A stretch of 64,000 nt of DNA from Felis catus (taxonomy: Eukaryota), in the NCBI RefSeq assembly GCF_018350175.1, contig NC_058383.1, forward strand, positions 38,626,001 to 38,690,000. Reading direction: 5' to 3'. The notes below the pieces were generated by a model that saw only the letters and a list, made by a program, of their open reading frames with translations, was not told the DNA's origin and did not search any database. Both the position numbers and the translations under genes were made by a program. Positions within the stretch are counted from its first letter, which is position 1; each line of letters begins with the position of its first letter. This document shows, piece by piece, positions 58,009-64,000 of this stretch.

Positions 58009-61000
58009 GTGAGCCGGCGGCAGGGGGCAGGGGTGGACGGCAGGAGCTTCCAGGCAGGCGGGCAGGTGGCAGGCAGGCGGGCAGGGGGAGGAAAGCCCGG
58101 CAAGGGTCTGTCTCCGGGACAACGGTTCGGTGCTGAGCCCCGTGCTCCTGGCCCGGCTCTCCAGTGGTGAGGGACGTGGGCCCTGGACACGTCAAGATCT
58201 GGGTTCAGACCTCTGCTTGGCTGTGTGATCCCGGGCGAGCCACTGGCCGTCTCTGAATCTGGGGTCCGGCTTCTCAGCGGGACGGCACGACCCCTCCAGC
58301 AGCTCAGGGGCAGCCCCTCCCGGCCTGGCTCTGGGCTAAGCACCTTCCATACGTCGTCTTGGTTCATTCTCACCTAACCCTGTGAGGCAGGACAGTTCCT
58401 CCCTCTGCCCAGGCTGTCCTCAGCCGCAGTCTCAATTGGGGGGGGGGGGGTCACACCGGGCCCACTGAGCGCCCTGGACGCCACTGACCCTGGCATCCAC
58501 AAAGCCGCAACCACTGCCCCGAGACGGGCCTGGGGCGCTTCTGCCCCTCCCCTCTTCCCCGGGCCGCCTCACGGGCATCTCGACATAAGTGGCACTCTTG
58601 ACCCCTGCGCTCCTCACCCCAGCTTCCCGTGTCAGGACCAGAGCGTGAGCCGCGCACGACCCCTCTCCTCCTGCGTGTGCATGCCCTGGTGACCTTTCCT
58701 CTCAACTAGATTCTGAATCCGCCCACCTCCCGACGTCTCTGCAGCCTCCAAGCTGGTCGCGGCCAACATCCGCTCTGCCCCAGACCCGCGGCCGCCCCCT
58801 CACGCGTCCCCAGCTTCCGCTCCTGCCCCCTGGAGCCCATTCTCCATGCTCCACTCCGGGGCAGCCAGAGGGGGGTCTTCAAGTTGCAAACCGGGTCGTT
58901 TCGGTCCTTACCCCAAATCTCCCGACAGCTCCCCGTCACACTTGGGATGACGCGGAAAGCCCTCACCCGGGCCCGAGAGTCCCCACGTGCAGGCCTGCCG
59001 GACCTCAGCTCGCTGGGCGCACCGCCCTCCTGCCGTAGGGCCCCTTTTCGGTTTCTTGAGTAACCCGCGCGTGTTCCCTCGGGGCCTTTGCACCTGCTGC
59101 TCCTGGAGCAGCCCTCTTCCCCCTTGCCCCTTAGGCCTCAGTTCAAACATCACTTGTACCCCCAGCCTACCCCACGCTTCCTCTCCAAGGTTCCTTTAGC
59201 GCCCTCACGGTCCCTCTGAAATTACCCAGTTCAAGAGCATGTCCATTTGCCTGTGACTCTCCAGACTCTAAGCTGCTGGAGGTGGGGAACTGGGTGGTCT
59301 CACTCCCCGCAGACAGCCAGACCCCACGACGGGAGGAGCTCAGCAAATATCGGACGGATGGTTGCTTGACCGGAACTTGGGGAGGTGAAGGAACCTGTCT
59401 GACCACAAAGCAGCCGCAGAGCCGGGCACCAGCCAGGACAACCGGACCCCGAAGCTGGGGCCTCGATCCTAGAGCCATGTTGCCCCCGTGGCATTTGGCT
59501 AAGAGCTTGGCTGCCTGGGTTGGAATCCCTGCCTCACTAATTTGCTGGGTGTCCTTGGGCAAGGCGTTTCACCTCTCTGAGCCCCAGGTTCCTCAAAGAC
59601 AAAATCAGCCTATTAACAATTCTGCCTCTAGTTGGTTAAACGAGAAGCGCCAGGAACGTGCTCGCACAGGACCTGGCAGGCAGGACACCTGCTAATAATT
59701 GTAGCAGCTGTACGGTTAGCATCACCTTCCTGCTTTGAGAGTTTATAGAGAGTGGGGACCAGAGGCCGGCCGCCCAGTTTGCCTGCCTCCCCAAGCTGGG
59801 CACCCAGGTGTGCCAAGAGCGTCCCCCTGCTGGTTGGACAGGTTTGGGGAAGGGCACGCAGAGGCACGGGGCCCAGGCGGGGCCGGCCAGGGTTAATTAG
59901 AGGGAGCTGGAGGAGAGGGGCTGAGCGGAGACCGAGCAGAGGCCGAACCTCCACGGCCCCTGGGACATTGGTTCGCGAGGCCATGGGCCGGGGCTTAAAT
60001 TCTGCCAGACTCAGGCGCCAGAAACGGCGCCTGCGGCCTCGGGTCCAGAAGCCCAGGCAGCAGCCAGAGGTGAGTGGGCGCCGGGGACCCCCAGTGCACT
60101 CCAGGCCCGGCTCGGCTCCTCCAGCCTGGCCTGGGAACCTCTCCACCTCCCCTCCCCGCCCAGGCTCTGGTTGTCACCCTGCCTGCCCCTCCCTCTTGCC
60201 TCCATACCTGTCTCAGCTCAGCCCCGCTCGGATGCGCCCCTGGCTCTGTGTCCACTCGGGCCTCACCTGACTCTCTGTCCGGCCCCCACAGCGGCTGCAG
60301 CAGGAGAATCACGAGCTCCGCCGGGGCCTGGCAGCCCGGGGAGCCGAATGGGAAGCCAGGGCGGTGGAGCTGGAGGGGGACGTGGAGGCCCTGCGGGCCC
60401 AGCTGGGGGAGCAGCGCTCAGAGCAGCAGGACAGCGGGCGCGAGCGTGCGCAGGCCCTCCGCGAACTCGGGGAGCAGAACCTCCGGCTGAGCCAGCAGCT
60501 GGCCCAGGTGGGAGGACCCCCAGCCCACGGACCCAGGCGGGAGGGGGGGGGGCCCTGGGCTTGGGGCTAAGGCCTGGGCCACCTGAGCCCCCCCCTCCCC
60601 TTCTGCCCCCAGGCCTCCCAGACTGAGCAGGAGCTTCAGAGAGAACTGGATGGCCTTCGGGGGCAGTGCCAGTCTCAGGTCCTGGCGGGAGCAGAGCTGA
60701 GGACGCGGCTGGAGAGTCTGCAGGGGGAGGTGAGTGCCAGCTGGGGCTGGGGGCTCCCTGGGGCTGGCCGGGCACCTCCCCTCCAGCGCTGAGGTCTTCC
60801 CCCAGAACCAGATGCTGCAGAGCCGCCGGCAGGACCTGGAGGCCCAGATCCGAGGCCTGCGTGAGGAGGTGGACAAGGGCCAGGGCAGGCTACAGGCAAC
60901 CCACGAGGAGCTGCTGATACTGCGGCGTGAGAGGCGGGAGCATAGCCTGGAGGTGACCAGGGGGGCTGGGGTGGGTGGGTTCATCCTGCTGGGGCACTGG

Positions 61001-63438
61001 CCACCGCCCGGGAGCTTCCCGGGAGATGAGCCCAGAGCTGGATCCAGGGGAGCTCCAGAAGCTGGGCCGTGACTGCGTGGGCGTTAGACTAGGCAAGTGG
61101 GAGCCTTGGAAGAGTATTGAGCAGGGGTGGTACGCTTTTAGAAGGCAGGAGAGCCTGGCAGCTGGGAGGCCAGGGCAGGGACTGAGGCCGGAGATGATGG
61201 GGACTCGGCCCGGGTCTGGGGCAGTGGAGAGGGATGAAAGGAAATGAAAACAGGCAGCGTGGCCTGCTATTTGGGATCTCAGGAGTTTACACTTTGTGGT
61301 CCAAAAACGTAGGCTCTTAGCCCCAGGTCCCTTTTTCCTATTGTGGGACGCCCAGCCTCAGTTTGCTTGTCTGTAAGATGGGACGGTTATGGTAGAGAGC
61401 CGCCCTGAGGGTGAGGCGCTCAGCACCGCGGCGGCTGAGAAAGATCAATAAACTTTGTTGGTTGACTGCGCTGACGAGTTAGAAGATAGACCGGTCGGGG
61501 GAGGGGGCGGGGCTCTACGAGGTGACCTGATGAGGTGGGGCTGGAGGGAGGGTGATGAGAAACTTTAAAGCCGGGGCGCCTGTCCCCGCCCTGCTTTATA
61601 GACGAGGAAATTGGTACCTGCCGAGGAGAAGTGAGCGGCCCAAGGCCGCCCAGCGATCCGGGCGTGGGATCCGGATCCAGCAGCTGGAGCGCGCCGACGC
61701 GCGGGGCTGCCTGGCTTTCGGTGGCGCACCGGCGCCCCCTGTGGGCCGGCTGCGGGAAGAGGGCTCCGGGCGCGCCTCGGTGACCGCCTTCTTTCTGTCC
61801 CTGCTCAGCTGGAACGCGCGCGCTCCGAGGCCGGGGAGGCGCTGAGCGCGCTGCGGAGGCTGCAGAGGCGCGTGTCCGAGCTGGAGGAGGAGTCGCGTCT
61901 GCAGGACGCCGACGTGTCGGGAGCCTCGCTGCAGTCGGAACTTGCCCATAGCCTCGACAGCGACCAGGACCGGAAGGCAGACGGACACCGAGACGCCCGG
62001 GTGAGCCCGCGGTCTGCTAACCCCCACGCTCCAGGCAGACTCTCTGCCCCCCTCCTTTTTCCAGGAGGTCTGACACCTCACCGACCGATTCCTTTGGCAA
62101 ACAGGACACCCTGTGCCCTGAGATCCAAGAGGCGCTCAGCCACCAGTCTTCGCCCCAGGAGGAGAGCTTGGAGCCTCCCAAGAAGCGAGCATCCCTGAGC
62201 CCAGGGGAGATACTAGAGGAGAAGGAGGCCGAAGTGGCCCGGCTGCAGGATGAGGTGTGTTGGGGGGCGGGGGGAGCATGGTGCTAGATATAGAGTCCCT
62301 CCCAAGGCCACTTTCCGTTGCCCATCTACACCTCTGGGCCTTTACCCACGAATCCCCCTCTACCTGGATTGATCTGCATCCCAACAAACTTGCACTCAGG
62401 CTTCAAGAGCCAGCCTGTAAGCCACCCCCTCCAGGAAGACTTCTTGGACCGCATCCCCCGCTTAGTCCCACCTCCCAGTGCTTCTCTCAGCATCCTTCCT
62501 GCGGGCTTACACCACCCGACCGGCCCCGCTCCGCCCCATCCCGCACCAGCCTGGGGGCTCAGAAGATTCATCTCCAGCACGGCCCACCGCTGCCCGGAGT
62601 GTTTGTGGAGCAGGCAGGGGAGGGCGCAGAGACCTGAACCCCTGGCTGCTGAAGAGCGGGACCTCTTCAGTCAGGGGCCTACCTGTCTCTCTTCACCCTT
62701 CCCTGCCCCCAGATGGCGCTGCAGCGGGCCGAGTTGCAATCCCTCCGGGAGGAGCTGCAAAGGCAGAAGGAGTTGCGGGCACACGAGGACCCCGAGGAGG
62801 CCCTTAGGGGCGCCCTCTCGGATCGAGATGAAGCCGTGAACAAGTGAGCTTCTGCCACCATCCACCACAGCCCCAGTGGGGCTACAAGGCACCCTGGGCC
62901 TTCGATACCCCCACGCGTGATAGAATTATTCCCACACCCACCGGGGGCCCTCCGACTTTGTTTTCGGTGTTCGCGGCCCCACCCCTGTCCGGGTCCAGCA
63001 GCGCCCCACCACCCCTGCTCGCTGAGGCCCCAGTACCCTCGGGTCCGCTCACTGCCTCTCTTGCCTGCAGGGCCCTGGAACTGTCCCTAGAGCTCAGCCG
63101 CGTCTCTCTGGAGCGGGACTCGCTCTCCCGGGAGCTGTTTCGCACTATCCGCCAGAAGGTGGCGCTGACGCAAGAGCTGGAGGCCTGGCAGGTGAGGGGC
63201 GGGGCCTGGAGGGGCGGGGCCCGGGGCGGGGCCGGCTCGCTGACGGGCTCCTCCCACCCGGCCTCCCTACCCGCAGGACGACATGCAGGTGGTGATCGGC
63301 CAGCAGCTGCGCTCGCAACGCCAGAAAGAGCTGAGCGCCACCGAATGTGGCCCGCGCCGCGCCGCGCCGCGCTTCTCCCTGCGCCTGGGCCCTGGGCCCG
63401 CCGGCGGCTTCCTGAGCAGCCTCTTCCGAAGGACCTGA
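57727..63438 (+). CDS. BICDL2: BICD family-like cargo adaptor 2 (CCDC64B/BICDR-2), whole-gene CDS span, 505 aa
   Basis: join(57727..58008,60292..60507,60613..60729,60806..60952,61809..62000,62105..62254,62713..62843,63071..63191,63277..63438); CC1 box [12 protein letters not shown]; coiled coils; C-terminal [13 protein letters not shown]...LFRRT*. Confidence 0.96.
58700..59250 (+). mobile_element. Ancient L2-like fragment
   Basis: GGGCCTTTGCACCTGCTGCTCCTGG...AGGCCTCAGTTCAAACATCAC. Confidence 0.55.
60292..60507 (+). CDS. BICDL2: BICDL2 coding exon 2
   Basis: cacag|[13 protein letters not shown]...[10 protein letters not shown]|gtggg. Confidence 0.95.
60613..60729 (+). CDS. BICDL2: BICDL2 coding exon 3
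   Basis: [15 protein letters not shown]...LESLQGE|gtgagt. Confidence 0.95.
60806..60952 (+). CDS. BICDL2: BICDL2 coding exon 4
   Basis: [15 protein letters not shown]...REHSLE|gtgacc. Confidence 0.95.
61809..62000 (+). CDS. BICDL2: BICDL2 coding exon 5
   Basis: [12 protein letters not shown]...[11 protein letters not shown]...DAR|gtgagc. Confidence 0.93.
62105..62254 (+). CDS. BICDL2: BICDL2 coding exon 6
   Basis: aacag|DTLCPEIQE...[29 protein letters not shown]|gtgtgt. Confidence 0.9.
62713..62843 (+). CDS. BICDL2: BICDL2 coding exon 7
   Basis: [15 protein letters not shown]...[12 protein letters not shown]|gtgagc. Confidence 0.93.
63071..63191 (+). CDS. BICDL2: BICDL2 coding exon 8
   Basis: [22 protein letters not shown]...LTQELEAWQ|gtgagg. 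Confidence 0.95.
63277..63438 (+). CDS. BICDL2: BICDL2 last coding exon
   Basis: cgcag|[20 protein letters not shown]...[11 protein letters not shown]. Confidence 0.95.
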   Translation, partial: DDMQVVIGQQLRSQRQKELSATECGPRRAAPRFSLRLGPGPAGGFLSSLFRRT

Positions 63439-63815
63439 CGGCCGGGCCCAGGGGGCAGCGCGTGCCCGCTGGTTCGCTTTCCTCTTCTGGCCAATGTAGC
63501 AACAGGGCCCCGATCGTCTTCCAGACGGGGCTGGTAGCTTCCCCACTCAGGGAGGCTGGGCAAAGTCACACTGGGAGCAGGGGCCAGCTTTGGGGGTCAG
63601 GGGCCCCAGGTGGGTGGCGGCGCAGGTGGGGCAGAGCTGAGTCTTATATCTATACAGGACTATATTTTCTAAACACTCTGGGCCTGGCATGTTCCAGGGC
63701 AGAGATGGGGGTGGGTATTTATGTATCAAGATCAAACAGAGTAATATATAAAAATTATTACACTGACTTGGCCTCTATTCTTGGGATGAAAATGCATGGA
63801 AGAATAGCCTGAAAT

Positions 63816-63821
63816 TTTATT
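63816..63821 (-). terminator. THOC6 poly(A) signal AATAAA
   Basis: TTTATT on the plus strand, about 70 nt past the THOC6 stop codon. Confidence 0.65.
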
Positions 63822-63888
63822 TGGTAAAAAAAAAGGAAAAAAGAAAAAGCACTCCAGATCCCTGGCACAGAGGGGGCGTTGCCAGAGA

Positions 63889-63999
<111 letters not shown>

Positions 64000-64000
64000 T

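Noticed and set aside
55540-58373. 349-aa and 407-aa ORFs around the BICDL2 promoter
   Set aside because: Run through MIR-like and CpG-island DNA or antisense to the BICDL2 exon; no recognisable domain

Overview
Mammalian genomic DNA, almost certainly felid (many young Can-SINEs of the SINEC_Fc type and feline-type L1 3' ends). Gene order matches human 16p13.3 read in reverse. Left to right: a CpG-island promoter (~3.8-4.4 kb, probably for the neighbouring ZNF205 or a lncRNA); a COX6B1 processed pseudogene with target-site duplications; ZSCAN10 (+, 5 coding exons, ~782 aa); an intact IL32 orthologue (-, 6 coding exons, 173 aa); MMP25/MT6-MMP (-, 10 exons, 562 aa); a degenerate MER21-like ERVL provirus; BICDL2 (+, 9 coding exons, 505 aa); and the last exon of THOC6 (-), convergent with BICDL2. 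Exon boundaries were read by hand from GT-AG sites and phase. Gene identities and human comparisons come from recalled orthologue sequences, not database searches. I found no wholly new multi-gene system. The best leads are: (1) a candidate alternative first exon in BICDL2 that would swap the dynein-binding CC1 box for a basic 29-aa N-terminus; (2) a sense SINE inside the IL32 3' UTR supplying poly(A) signals; (3) a 53-bp templated copy of a SINE junction 2.75 kb away; (4) a closely spaced inverted SINE pair sharing a private variant; (5) an 8-Arg furin site in MMP25; (6) an ERVL LTR pointing into MMP25.
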